A DNA stretch of 64,000 bases from a virus. Its lineage: Duplodnaviria; Caudoviricetes. A program made the translations under genes and the position numbers. The stretch's first letter is position 1. Every line of letters starts with the position of its first letter. The stretch is from the IMG/VR virus record IMGVR_UViG_2576861733_000002, positions 1 through 64,000 of that record; one strand, 5' to 3'. The notes beneath the pieces are model-generated. The model saw only the letters and a program-made list of their open reading frames with translations, was not told the DNA's origin and did not search any database. Positions 27,285-36,712 of this stretch are shown piece by piece.

Positions 27285-27644
27285 CATGGTGTTTTCCGGC
27301 ATAATGACCGGATTGCCGACCATCGCAATGACAGAGGCCATCGATGCAGCCAGCCCATCAATGTGAACAGTGATGGACGCACCGTGATGTTTCAGCGCAT
27401 TAAAAATGGCGATACCGTCAAAGACATCGCCACCCGGTGAATTGATATGAAGATTGATCAGGCTTATATCGCCAAGCGCCTTTAAATCGCTGACAAACTG
27501 TTTTGCCGTTACCCCCCAGTAGCCAATTTCGTCGTAAATAAAAATATCGGCTGTGCTGTTTCCACTGGCCTGCATACGGAACCAGGAGTTACTTCCTGCG
27601 CTGGCTTTCGGACGGTGGGGCGCCCGGTTCTTTGACTTCGGCAC
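27273..27644 (-). pseudogene. 5' part of the helper ClpP-protease/major capsid fusion gene
   Basis: AAGGAGG RBS plus GTG start; IYDEIG, NSPGGDVFDG, GLAASMAS; homology ends abruptly at TMMMIH. Confidence 0.92.
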
Positions 27645-29091
27645 TGGTGCCTCCTTTATCGTTGGAAGGGTCTGTATCAAACACCAGCCCCAGTTCTTTG
27701 TTTTCATCGATTTCAGCTTTCCGGCGCGCTTTGACATCGTCCGGATTGCGCCCGCTGGCACGCACCCAGTCAGATTCCGTCGCCGCGCCACCCCTGATTT
27801 GTGTTTTCCAGGCGTTTGCCTCTTTGACCGGGTCAATCCACGGCATCACCGGGCCGGAATAAACCGCGTTATAAAGCGTGTCCATGTCCGTGCCGCGCGG
27901 TACCGTGATTTCGCCGGAGGCCACAGCCATTTTCAGCCAGGCCCGGTACATGGGGCGGGTTATCGCGCCAATAAACCAGTTCTGCAGGATGAGATAGCCA
28001 TCAGTGGACTCCACCAGCTCCTGCCGCTGCGCGCTGTAGGTGCCGTTGTAGTTTCGTGCGGTACTCGAAAAGCTGAGGCGGGTTCCGGCGGCGACGGCGC
28101 GCAGTTGCCCGTTGCGGAATGTTTCCAGGTTCGGATTGGGGCGGTCTGATTTAATCATTCCGATTTCTTCACCCGGTTGCAGGTCGTCATACAGCATGCC
28201 CGGCTTGATCATCAGCTCGCGGTCATCCTTTCCGGCGCTGTCTTCGTCGTAGCTCTGCCCGTCCCCTTTTTTGATATACATCCCCAGCGCAGCGGCAATA
28301 CGGGCGGCAACCAGCTCCGAATCCTCATACTCTTTCAGTGCGCTGAGCCGCATCAGCACGCCGGAGAGCAACGAATTGCCACGGGTCTGGTGTAGACGGC
28401 GGGTATACTTCAGGTGCAGCATGTTTTCTGCATCAACGTTCTTCGTATCGAGTTGCTTCCCGGTAACGGGCAGGATTTTATAAACCTGGTACGCTTTCGG
28501 GCGTCCCCAGTCATCCAGAAAAACGCCCTGGCTCAGTTTCAGGGATTCGTCACTGGTCATCGGGACAAAATCCGCCTCAAGCGCCTCGAGCCAGAACGGG
28601 ATCCGCGCAGAGGGAACAAGGCTGTTGCCGGTACCGCTGACCATCTGGGCAAATACTTCACCGTCCCGCAACCAGCTGCGAAGCATGAGGCGCTCCAGCA
28701 TGGGGCGGGTAAACTGGCCGGTGACCTCAGGCTTAACGGACCATTCTGCAAATTTTTTACGGATATCCACCACCAGCTTTTTCGCTATCTTCCCGTTGCT
28801 CATTTTCGGGTGAGGTTCAACAACGATCCCGTTGGCACCCACCACCCGTTCTTCGAGCTTGTCGAAGATGCCGATCACCAGGTCGTTATTGTTATCCAGC
28901 CAGCGGGCCTGCTCACGCAGAGAGGCCGCCCCCATCTGGCTCAGCTGGTTAGCCGAGCGATTTTCCCGGCGGGCCTTGTGTGTCCGTGACGGCCGGGCCG
29001 CCTCGTATGCCTGAATAACGGCCCTGGCCCGCAGCCGTGACGCTTTCCATGCCGGAGAAAATATGCCGATTGCATCGTCCAGAATGGTCAT
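27589..29091 (-). CDS. Portal protein (lambda family)
   Basis: LREQARWLDNN, DGEVF, YSAQRQEL, WIDPVKE motifs. Confidence 0.95.
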   Translation of the reverse strand: MTILDDAIGIFSPAWKASRLRARAVIQAYEAARPSRTHKARRENRSANQLSQMGAASLREQARWLDNNNDLVIGIFDKLEERVVGANGIVVEPHPKMSNGKIAKKLVVDIRKKFAEWSVKPEVTGQFTRPMLERLMLRSWLRDGEVFAQMVSGTGNSLVPSARIPFWLEALEADFVPMTSDESLKLSQGVFLDDWGRPKAYQVYKILPVTGKQLDTKNVDAENMLHLKYTRRLHQTRGNSLLSGVLMRLSALKEYEDSELVAARIAAALGMYIKKGDGQSYDEDSAGKDDRELMIKPGMLYDDLQPGEEIGMIKSDRPNPNLETFRNGQLRAVAAGTRLSFSSTARNYNGTYSAQRQELVESTDGYLILQNWFIGAITRPMYRAWLKMAVASGEITVPRGTDMDTLYNAVYSGPVMPWIDPVKEANAWKTQIRGGAATESDWVRASGRNPDDVKARRKAEIDENKELGLVFDTDPSNDKGGTSAEVKEPGAPPSESQRRK

Positions 29092-29303
29092 CCGAACCTC
29101 GCCAGTTTGTAGCCCGGATTGCCCCGGCGTTTGTTACTGATGGCGGCCAGACGACGCTCCCACTCCTGCCGCCCCTTGCGGATCTCGGCAAGATTTTCAA
29201 AGCTCATCTGTTGCCCGTTAAAGGTGATGGACTTGCCGCCCAGCACCGCCATTTCTGCGTCGGTATAACGCTGGATCATGGCCTCAATATCACTCTGGTT
29301 CAC
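29088..29303 (-). CDS. Head completion protein (gpW-like)
   Basis: Small gene between terL and portal; AEMAVLGGKSITFNG. Confidence 0.75.
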   Translation of the reverse strand: MNQSDIEAMIQRYTDAEMAVLGGKSITFNGQQMSFENLAEIRKGRQEWERRLAAISNKRRGNPGYKLARFG

Positions 29304-31408
29304 AGCCAGCCTCCTGACGTAGCCCACGGATTGTTTTCTGTTTCAGATTGCGGCTTCTTGCGCCGGGTTTTGGCTACCGGATCGGGTGTCGCAGGCGCCG
29401 GGGATGTCGCTTCGCCAGTTTCCGGCGGCGCGTCCTCCAGCCACGTTTCCCGCCGTGCCCAGTCTGGCGCATCCGGCCATTTAATCTTTTCGTAGCCGTG
29501 AAGGATCGCCAGTGCATCGGCGTAGACCAGCAGGTCAAAGGCTTCGTTCGCGCCCCGTCCGGGTTTGCTCCATTTGCCATCAGCAGAACGCTCCTCATAA
29601 GTCAGTTCGTCGTAAAACCACGCTCCCAGCCACTCAGGAAAATGGACATAACCCGGCCCCGGCGAATCCCGCCACAGGGCGTTATTCACTCGATCCTTAA
29701 GGGAGTCGGTCTGGAGCAGATAAAGCGGAACATCACCGGCGGCTTTAGCCCGGCGCGCGGTCCTTCCGGTGTTATCCGGAAAAGTCCGGGTGATCAATTT
29801 AGCCCGGCGCTGACTGTCCCCTTTGAACAGGAACACCCGTTTGCCAAGGCCTTCCCGGCGGCACTTACGCCAGAATTTGTATGCGTTGTCGGTAACACCA
29901 TCCTCCCCACCGGAGTCAACGGCCATTGCCATAAGCCGCATGCGTTTTGTCGGGTCACTGGCAAGCGGCCAGGATTTTTCAAACACATCGCTCAGAAGCA
30001 AATCCCAGTCCTCCGGGTAACCCGACGGGTCAACCTGATAACTTTCCCCGTCACCGTTAATGCGCAGTGACTGGCGGATGTTGTAGCGATCAACAATCCA
30101 GCGCTCACCCTGCGCACCGTAGCCCGTGACCTGAACCACGAAACGGCGGTTTTTCCCGGCCTGCACATCGACGGTTGCCGCAATAAAACACACGCCATCC
30201 GGGACGGACCGTTTCGGTACAACCTCCGCCCGCTGCTCCAGCAGTTCGCTTTTACGCTGCTCCATGCTGGCGCGCGGGAGATAGGGCCGCCCGAAGTCGG
30301 TGTTTACCACCGTTTTTAACGTCTCTTCGCTCTGTGTCGCTTCATACTCCTGCTCTGCTGTCAGGAATTTGTAAATCATCTGCGCCCATGTCTGGTAAGC
30401 CGCTGCCGGTCCCTCCATCCAGAAGGAAGCAATACGTGAGCGACGCGGTTCGCCATACCGGTTACCGTCCCGGTCTATTTTTTCCCCGTCGCGAAGCCAG
30501 ACATGCCGGATGTTCAGATCGCGCTTCATCTCTGGTGTAATTTTTCCCTGGCATGCCGGGCACTGGAGATAAGCGGCTTCACTTGCCAGAACGGGATCAG
30601 GCGATTCCCTGTAGCCGGTCATATTGGCAATTTCTGGCTGAAAATATTCGTGGCAATGCGGGCACTGCCAGTACAGGCGACGGCGATCGCCACGGTTGAA
30701 CAGGGACAGGATGCCGGTCGTTGGTGGCGCTTCATGTGCGGTTGCTGGCCGCCATTTTGTGTCGCGAATGTCGCGGCCGGGTGAACTTTCCACGAGCGTC
30801 ATGCCGCCGGACATAAACGTGGTCGTGCGCTTTGAACCGAGGGAAAAAGCATCGCCCTCCCCGTCGATGTCTTCGGGAAAGCGGTCATAGTCGGTTAAGG
30901 CCACGCTTTTATAATCCGACGATGACATGATATTGACCGAGGGCCAGCCGAGTTTCAGGTAGTTACCTGCCCGGAATGTCCGGTCGTGGACGTTATTGTC
31001 ATTGCGGCGGGGGCTCAGCCGTGATTTAACCTCCGGGCTGCAGCGGAAGGTGCGGTCGAGGCGTTTCTTGGAGTGTTCCCGCGCTTTCTCCTCTGAAACC
31101 TGTATCACCAGCATATCCGCCGGATCGCAGACGATGTTATATACAATCCAGCCATCAATCAGGCCGATGGTTTTGCCGGTTCGTGCAGGCCCGACGAACA
31201 CCACCGCATCGTATTCTCTGGACGCAAGGCAATTCATCGGCTCGATGATATAGGGAGCAAGATTAGGATCCCACGGAACGGAGTTACCCGCCCCCATAGG
31301 CACACGCATGTATGAGCTGACCGCATCAGCCACCTTCATACGACGCGGGGCACGTAAAATGCCGGAGACATCGCGGCGGATCCCCCTGGCAGATGCCCGT
31401 TTGGCCAT
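29300..31408 (-). CDS. Terminase large subunit (gpA family)
   Basis: GPARTGKT, LTDYDR, ESSP, CPHC/CPAC, VDVQ, NEAFDLLVY. Confidence 0.95.
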   Translation of the reverse strand: MAKRASARGIRRDVSGILRAPRRMKVADAVSSYMRVPMGAGNSVPWDPNLAPYIIEPMNCLASREYDAVVFVGPARTGKTIGLIDGWIVYNIVCDPADMLVIQVSEEKAREHSKKRLDRTFRCSPEVKSRLSPRRNDNNVHDRTFRAGNYLKLGWPSVNIMSSSDYKSVALTDYDRFPEDIDGEGDAFSLGSKRTTTFMSGGMTLVESSPGRDIRDTKWRPATAHEAPPTTGILSLFNRGDRRRLYWQCPHCHEYFQPEIANMTGYRESPDPVLASEAAYLQCPACQGKITPEMKRDLNIRHVWLRDGEKIDRDGNRYGEPRRSRIASFWMEGPAAAYQTWAQMIYKFLTAEQEYEATQSEETLKTVVNTDFGRPYLPRASMEQRKSELLEQRAEVVPKRSVPDGVCFIAATVDVQAGKNRRFVVQVTGYGAQGERWIVDRYNIRQSLRINGDGESYQVDPSGYPEDWDLLLSDVFEKSWPLASDPTKRMRLMAMAVDSGGEDGVTDNAYKFWRKCRREGLGKRVFLFKGDSQRRAKLITRTFPDNTGRTARRAKAAGDVPLYLLQTDSLKDRVNNALWRDSPGPGYVHFPEWLGAWFYDELTYEERSADGKWSKPGRGANEAFDLLVYADALAILHGYEKIKWPDAPDWARRETWLEDAPPETGEATSPAPATPDPVAKTRRKKPQSETENNPWATSGGWL

Positions 31409-31896
31409 CAGTCCTCCTCTGGCTCTTCCTCCTCTGGTTCGGCGTCCATCACTTTTTGTGCCACCTGGTCGCGCAGATCATCAATCACGCTCTGCACGCG
31501 GGAGATCGCAACCGGCGTCAGCGCGCAGTCGCGTTCAAGGATGTCCGGGAGTGTTTCAAGCACCATAACGACGGCTTTCGCCATTAATGAAAACTCACGG
31601 GCAACATCTTCAGCCGGTATGAGCTGCTTTGTATCGACCTCAAATTTCAGCCGCTCATTTTCAGCTTTCCAGTGTGCAAGCCGATCACCTGGCGGCATAT
31701 CCTCAAGACTGGCGGATACCGTCGGGATCATCAGTTCGCACAGGATATCGGTGACGAGGTAGAGTTTTAGCTTGCTGTTACTGCCAGGGGCCGGGCTGAC
31801 ATTTTTCAGCCGCGCGGCGACTGTCTGGCGGTGCGCGCCGGTGATACCCGCGAGCTGGTTGATGTTGAGCTTTAACGCTGCAATTTCCTGGTCCAT
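31408..31896 (-). CDS. Terminase small subunit (Nu1/DUF1441-like)
   Basis: N-terminal wHTH, HWKAENERLK; lies between cos and terL. Confidence 0.9.
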   Translation of the reverse strand: MDQEIAALKLNINQLAGITGAHRQTVAARLKNVSPAPGSNSKLKLYLVTDILCELMIPTVSASLEDMPPGDRLAHWKAENERLKFEVDTKQLIPAEDVAREFSLMAKAVVMVLETLPDILERDCALTPVAISRVQSVIDDLRDQVAQKVMDAEPEEEEPEED

Positions 31897-31949
31897 GATG
31901 GTGAACACTTTTTAAACAATTCGACATCATTGAAAATCGGGCAGATTAA

Positions 31950-32075
31950 AAATCAATAACCTGCGCACATGATGATGATGACCATGGATCACGAAAACCA
32001 GCCGCTTTCCGCGACCTCGCCGCCCCGTGGACTGGACCCCCTCCGGGAGTACATAAATGATAATCATTCGCATCA
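31950..32075 (-). other. Helper cos site (cosN 12-mer GGGCGGCGAGGT at 32014-32025)
   Basis: ACG-GGGCGGCGAGGT-CGCG versus lambda ACG-GGGCGGCGACCT-CGCG; upstream of terS. Confidence 0.85.
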
Positions 32076-32459
32076 ATGGCAAGATTTGACATAAATCACC
32101 CCATTTTGGACGTTTAGACGTCCAAATACACCAATCCGGACGCGATACAGACGTCCAAATGGCTTAATCCGTGCTGCCATTATCACAGGCACTCAGTGAA
32201 TGCCTGCTGTAATGCCCGTTATTCGATACTGCTTTATTGATAGTTCCTCAGACAAAAAAAACCGCTCGGACTGAGCGGTTGAAGAAGAATGGTTTTGGGT
32301 AAAGGGTATAAACGATGATAGCTCTTTAAATATAGTCCGGGTCAGACTCACTTCAAATTAAGTAAGCGATTAAAGAGAAAAATGTAAAACGCCCCGCTAT
32401 TTAGGGATTCCCCTGAACGCCAGGCCAGCGCCGATTTTCAGTCGGGGCATTCATTTCAA

Positions 32460-32699
32460 CTACAGCTGGTCGCTATCTCCTGCTGGCTGGATATCGATAA
32501 AATATTCTTTACCCTGCTCAAACTGCTCGAATGCTGCCGGGTTGGAGATCACCATATGAAGCTGCCCACCAGGGGTGTACTTAGACCAGGATTCGTTCTC
32601 CGTACTGCCAGTCGTTACCGCCATCAGATTGACGACAGCAGAAGAGTTATCCGGGGATTTGTTGATGCTGTTACATTGAAATTTTGCACGTACCGTCAT
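32460..32699 (-). CDS. Conserved phage hypothetical protein
   Basis: MTVRAKFQC...WSKYTPGG ORF after Rz. Confidence 0.7.
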   Translation of the reverse strand: MTVRAKFQCNSINKSPDNSSAVVNLMAVTTGSTENESWSKYTPGGQLHMVISNPAAFEQFEQGKEYFIDIQPAGDSDQL

Positions 32700-32775
32700 G
32701 ATGTTACCTTTTTTTGGTTTCGGGTATGGGCGTATACCCGCGATGGAATGCGAAATTAGCAGCATGCTCGCTCCT

Positions 32776-33246
32776 TTATTTCAGGCACTGCTGCCTGATG
32801 TAGTCCTGCAGGTAGTTCACTTGCCCTGTGATGGTGGCGATTCGCTCTCTGAGGGTGAAATAATCCCGTTGAGCGGAGTCTGTAAGTCGGGGGCTGGCTG
32901 CATCGCCCACGCCGCCGGAGGTGGACGATCCGTCCTGGGTGCAGGTGGCGGCGACTCGCAGCCTACGCTTGCCAGCAGCAACATCGCGTTCAAGCTGATC
33001 AATAGTGGCCTTTGCATTTGCCAGATCTCCGGTGTATTTGGCATCCAGTGCGGCAACATCACGCTGGCGCACCTGCATATCGGTGATAGTGTCCTTCGCC
33101 AGCTTCAGATCGCTGGTGGCTTTATCGCGCTGCGCTTTGTAGGCGATCGCATTGTCACGGTAGTGGTTAGCGAAAAAGGCGAGCACGGCCACCAGCGCTA
33201 TTACCGACAACTGAAGCCAGTAGCGCTTTAACAGCGCCGTAATCAC
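32776..33246 (-). CDS. Rz i-spanin
   Basis: N-terminal [39 protein letters not shown]. Confidence 0.92.
   Translation of the reverse strand: MITALLKRYWLQLSVIALVAVLAFFANHYRDNAIAYKAQRDKATSDLKLAKDTITDMQVRQRDVAALDAKYTGDLANAKATIDQLERDVAAGKRRLRVAATCTQDGSSTSGGVGDAASPRLTDSAQRDYFTLRERIATITGQVNYLQDYIRQQCLK
32817..33017 (-). CDS. Rz1 o-spanin embedded in Rz
   Basis: Lipobox SVGC and Pro-rich [10 protein letters not shown]. Confidence 0.85.
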   Translation of the reverse strand: MQRPLLISLNAMLLLASVGCESPPPAPRTDRPPPAAWAMQPAPDLQTPLNGIISPSESESPPSQGK

Positions 33247-33683
33247 GATATGAACAGAGCGAACTCCGCCTCACGGCGACGGGAAAGTCCAGCCAGCACC
33301 TTGCCTCCAGCCTTATTCCAGCGCGGGAATTCATCCGCTGCGCCGTCATAATCGCCGGCATTCAGTTTTTTAAGGAGCGTGGACGTGGAAAGCGCGCGCG
33401 TTCCGAGGTTGTAGGCAAACGACACGAGCGCATCAAACTGCCCCTGAGTCAGCTTCACCTTCACCAGCTTCGATACGTCGCTCTCGTAGCTCACCAGCCC
33501 GGTACGCAGCAAACGTTCTGCCGTTTCCTCTTTGATGGTCATACCGGCGCGGACAGGTTTGCCGTCTACGGGCTGCGTCCAGCCATAGCCTATCGTCCAC
33601 ACGCCAACGCTGTCCTGATATGCCGTAAGCCGCAGGCCTTCAAACTGTTTAATGAGAGCAATTCCACGCTCGCTAATATTCAT
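33243..33683 (-). CDS. Endolysin (GH24 lysozyme)
   Basis: [20 protein letters not shown] catalytic motif. Confidence 0.95.
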   Translation of the reverse strand: MNISERGIALIKQFEGLRLTAYQDSVGVWTIGYGWTQPVDGKPVRAGMTIKEETAERLLRTGLVSYESDVSKLVKVKLTQGQFDALVSFAYNLGTRALSTSTLLKKLNAGDYDGAADEFPRWNKAGGKVLAGLSRRREAEFALFIS

Positions 33684-34222
33684 GTCGTGCCCCTTGTGAA
33701 GGTATGGCCCTTGTGTGATTTTCTATTATTTCGGCATAAGACCTTGTAAACCTCGGCTGGATCAAACCCATTGCGTCTTATGTCATCCGTTCCGGCCATC
33801 ACTATTTCTTTTCCGCTTTTAATATCTTTGGCTAAAATGAAACCCTTAAAACCTTTTGATCCATGACCTTTCAGATTAATATTTAATCCATTGCGGAATG
33901 CATGTTTTTGATTTTCTGATTTTGTCACCCACTCTAAATTTTCCGCTCTGTTATCAGCCTTTATCCCATTAATATGGTTTACCTGCTCCTTGCCTTCTGG
34001 GTTGGGTATAAAATGCAAAGCAACAAGCCTGTGAACAGTAAAGGCCTTTTGTTTTTTATCTCTATAAAGTCTGAATGAAAAATACCCGCGCCTAAGCAAA
34101 TTTGGCTTTAGTACTTTGAAAGTGCCATCGCCTTTTATGCTTCTAGCCCTGCCTCGGTTTGAAATCTGATAAGCCCCAGAGTATCCATCGATATCACTCC
34201 ACACCTCAGCCGTTTGCATCAT
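33680..34222 (-). CDS. NUMOD4-HNH homing endonuclease between holin and endolysin
   Basis: [42 protein letters not shown]. Confidence 0.9.
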   Translation of the reverse strand: MMQTAEVWSDIDGYSGAYQISNRGRARSIKGDGTFKVLKPNLLRRGYFSFRLYRDKKQKAFTVHRLVALHFIPNPEGKEQVNHINGIKADNRAENLEWVTKSENQKHAFRNGLNINLKGHGSKGFKGFILAKDIKSGKEIVMAGTDDIRRNGFDPAEVYKVLCRNNRKSHKGHTFTRGTT

Positions 34223-34526
34223 CCGCCCCCGCTTTTCTTGCGGCGAAGCGCTTGATGAAGCCGCCGATAAAATCTGTTCCCACGTAGCCAATAAACACAC
34301 TGGCGATATACGACAGGTTTTTAGCCAGACCGAAGAACTCCAGCAGGTCACGGGCAAACCAGGCGATCATCGCGCACATGGTGGCATCTATAAGCGTTTT
34401 CATGATCGGGCCGCCGTTATAGCGTCCCCGGAGATACGCCATTGCAAACGCCAGCATTGCGCCAATACCCTGCTCTTTTGCAGCCAACAGAGCAGCAATG
34501 AAATCTTGTTTGTAAGGCATTTTCAT
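34206..34526 (-). CDS. Lambda S-like holin with dual start (M-K-M)
   Basis: [36 protein letters not shown]. Confidence 0.93.
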   Translation of the reverse strand: MKMPYKQDFIAALLAAKEQGIGAMLAFAMAYLRGRYNGGPIMKTLIDATMCAMIAWFARDLLEFFGLAKNLSYIASVFIGYVGTDFIGGFIKRFAARKAGADDANG

Positions 34527-34574
34527 AGTCTCTCACCTCGCTGTTTACGGAGGCTGTGTGATTGGAAACAGGAT

Positions 34575-34751
34575 AAAAAAAAGGCCTGCTCGGATGAACA
34601 GGCCAGAAAAGCAATAATAAATTTACAGGATGTGGTGCCGGGTGCCTCCCGGTGAGTCTTTGGCCAGCCACCATGACCCGCGCAGGGTATGCTTCAGTCG
34701 TGAAACACGAAGATTGCTGTTTACGCCCCTCCGCACAGGGGGATTCACCAC
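34575..34751 (-). ncRNA. Candidate structured small RNA, copy 1
   Basis: TTGACG-N18-TACATT promoter (34787-34758), GTGGTG/CACCAC closing stem, two GC hairpins, intrinsic terminator; paralog at 36412-36576. Confidence 0.65.
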
Positions 34752-34840
34752 ATCAATAATGTAAAATTAGCCGTACCGATTCGTCAATAAGCAACACTCT
34801 GTCAAAGAGTCATCAGAGAGAGATGACCTTTTGCACAGCG

Positions 34841-34990
34841 TTATTTTTTTATTTTACGGGGCCAGTACCGACAGGCCACCAGCATGATGATGAATATCAC
34901 CAGCAGGGTAAGATCCATCAGTACACCGGTGATCCGCCAGGCGGCGATAAGTACCAGCCCAGACAGCAGGCATACCCCGGCGCGCTTCAT
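34841..34990 (-). CDS. 49-aa hydrophobic membrane peptide (absent from ORF track)
   Basis: Hand translation MKRAGVCLLSGLVLIAAWRITGVLMDLTLLVIFIIMLVACRYWPRKIKK; its ATG overlaps the upstream TAA. Confidence 0.65.
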   Translation of the reverse strand: MKRAGVCLLSGLVLIAAWRITGVLMDLTLLVIFIIMLVACRYWPRKIKK

Positions 34991-35826
34991 TACTTGCTGC
35001 CCAGCACGCGGCTGATATTTTTCAGCAGAACGGTTGAGGCGGTTTCCAGCATGTCATCACCGGCCTCGGTGTTGGCGACCACCAGCGTTTTAGTGCACGG
35101 CACTTTCACCTTTGAATCACTGAGCCAGCCGGATTCAGTGACCGCTTTTTTCAGTTCATAAACCGGCTTGCCGTTTGGCAGTTTGTCATCCACATGCCAG
35201 CCGTTCATGCTGATCATCGTCAGACCGCTGCCCTTCTGGTTGACTACCTCAAGAAACTTGTTAGAGCGATCCGGCGCGGATACCCACAGGAACGCGTCAT
35301 ATTCCCCGGTTGTCACCTTTGCCAGCGAACGGACGCCGCCCTTTGCGTAGGTCTCAACCTTCGCGTAGTCCTTTTCGAGCGACTGCAAATACTGCCAGGA
35401 GGCATAAGAGCCGCTGGCCGGTTCACCCACGGCGATTTTTATGCCTTCTTTCAGATCGCTTTCACTGCTGATCTTCCCGCCATCTTTGACGGCGACAAAC
35501 ACGCATTCATCTGCAAGCTCGCCGATGATGTCCACTTTCTGCGCTTCATTGCCGTGGCGGCTGCGCCAGAACTGAAACGCATCCGCCTGAGTGAAGCCGA
35601 TCTGCGCTTCGCCGCTGGCGACTTTATCAAGGTTGTCCAGCGAGCCTTTGCTCGGGATCACCGTCGATTTATAACCGTATTCGCTTAGCGCGCTGGCGAG
35701 ATTGACCCCATACCCAGCGTTATACGTCAGCCCCTGCAGACCGGTGGTGATGGTGATATCTGCTGATACGGCGCTAAAACTTGCGCACAGGAGTACCGCC
35801 GCGATAGCGGTGAATAGCTTTTTCAT
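34990..35826 (-). CDS. Periplasmic binding protein, TAXI-TRAP/PBP2-like (moron)
   Basis: Signal peptide, ITTG...TY, SKGSLDNL, IGFTQAD, IAVGEPASGS. Confidence 0.78.
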   Translation of the reverse strand: MKKLFTAIAAVLLCASFSAVSADITITTGLQGLTYNAGYGVNLASALSEYGYKSTVIPSKGSLDNLDKVASGEAQIGFTQADAFQFWRSRHGNEAQKVDIIGELADECVFVAVKDGGKISSESDLKEGIKIAVGEPASGSYASWQYLQSLEKDYAKVETYAKGGVRSLAKVTTGEYDAFLWVSAPDRSNKFLEVVNQKGSGLTMISMNGWHVDDKLPNGKPVYELKKAVTESGWLSDSKVKVPCTKTLVVANTEAGDDMLETASTVLLKNISRVLGSK

Positions 35827-36411
35827 GTGACTTTCCTTTAAGGGGTGAGCCAGTGCCCAGGGAGAGTACGCAGAGAGTCAAACTCCCTGTGGCTCACCTC
35901 TGTAAAGGCTCTGCGGTTTGATGTATGCGTCGGCACAGACGTGGTGATCTTTGAAATACAACTATTTAGTAAAGAGGGTTCTGGCCTGCATTTGTTTCAC
36001 CAAAAGGTGAAGTTTGTGTGTAACTCCCGAGGCTATAAATGAAAAAAGCCACATAAAAATGTGGCTTCAGTGCAGTGGAATTAATACTTTTTTAACTAAG
36101 GTTTTTTTAGACCATACTGCTCGCGAATGATCTTCTCCAGACCGATGCGGCTAAGTGTAATGAAGACACGCTCTCCTGGAATGAAAAGCCTGAACTCAAC
36201 CGCCGAAATCTTCGTTACCTTGAACCTCAACCCGGCAAAACACACTCTGCGCATAAAAACACCAGAAAGCATGAGGCTTTAAAAGTGGAAACAGATCAAC
36301 TGTCGAAACTATATCCTGGTATCAAAATGCCGCCATGATCCTGGTCAACGCCGTATCTTGCCGCTGTTTGGGCTTCAGTCTCCGTGGTGAAACAGAAATT
36401 TTACCGCCAAT

Positions 36412-36576
36412 AAAAAAGGCCTGCTCGGACGAACAGGCCAGAAAAGCAATAATAAATTTACAGGATGTGGTGCCGGGTGCCTCCCGGTGAGCAATAGATC
36501 GGTCATGACCTTCGCTCGCGTAAAATTCAGAGACAACGAACTGTTTTACGCCCCTCCGCACAGGGGGATTCACTAC
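36412..36576 (-). ncRNA. Candidate structured small RNA, copy 2
   Basis: TTGACC-N18-TAAATT promoter (36612-36583); same 29-bp and 80-bp blocks as copy 1 with a different middle. Confidence 0.65.
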
Positions 36577-36712
36577 AGAAATAATTTATCGTCTAATCGT
36601 TAAGTTGGTCAATAAGATATGCTCATCAGCAGACAATACTACAGATCCAAAAGTGAACTTTTGTCAATTCATAGCATCTCAATGTCGTTCTTGTAAGCAC
36701 AGGTTTGATAAC

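Noticed and set aside
27057-27836. 259-aa ORF as an intact Clp protease
   Set aside because: Homology stops at MMIH and the tail is read-through into satellite DNA; the true start is probably GTG at 27644.
34575-36612. Duplicated blocks as CRISPR repeats, IS ends or tRNAs; ORFs 34417-34674 and 36322-36573
   Set aside because: Only two copies 1.8 kb apart, no transposase, no cloverleaf; the overlapping ORFs differ in start and length between copies.
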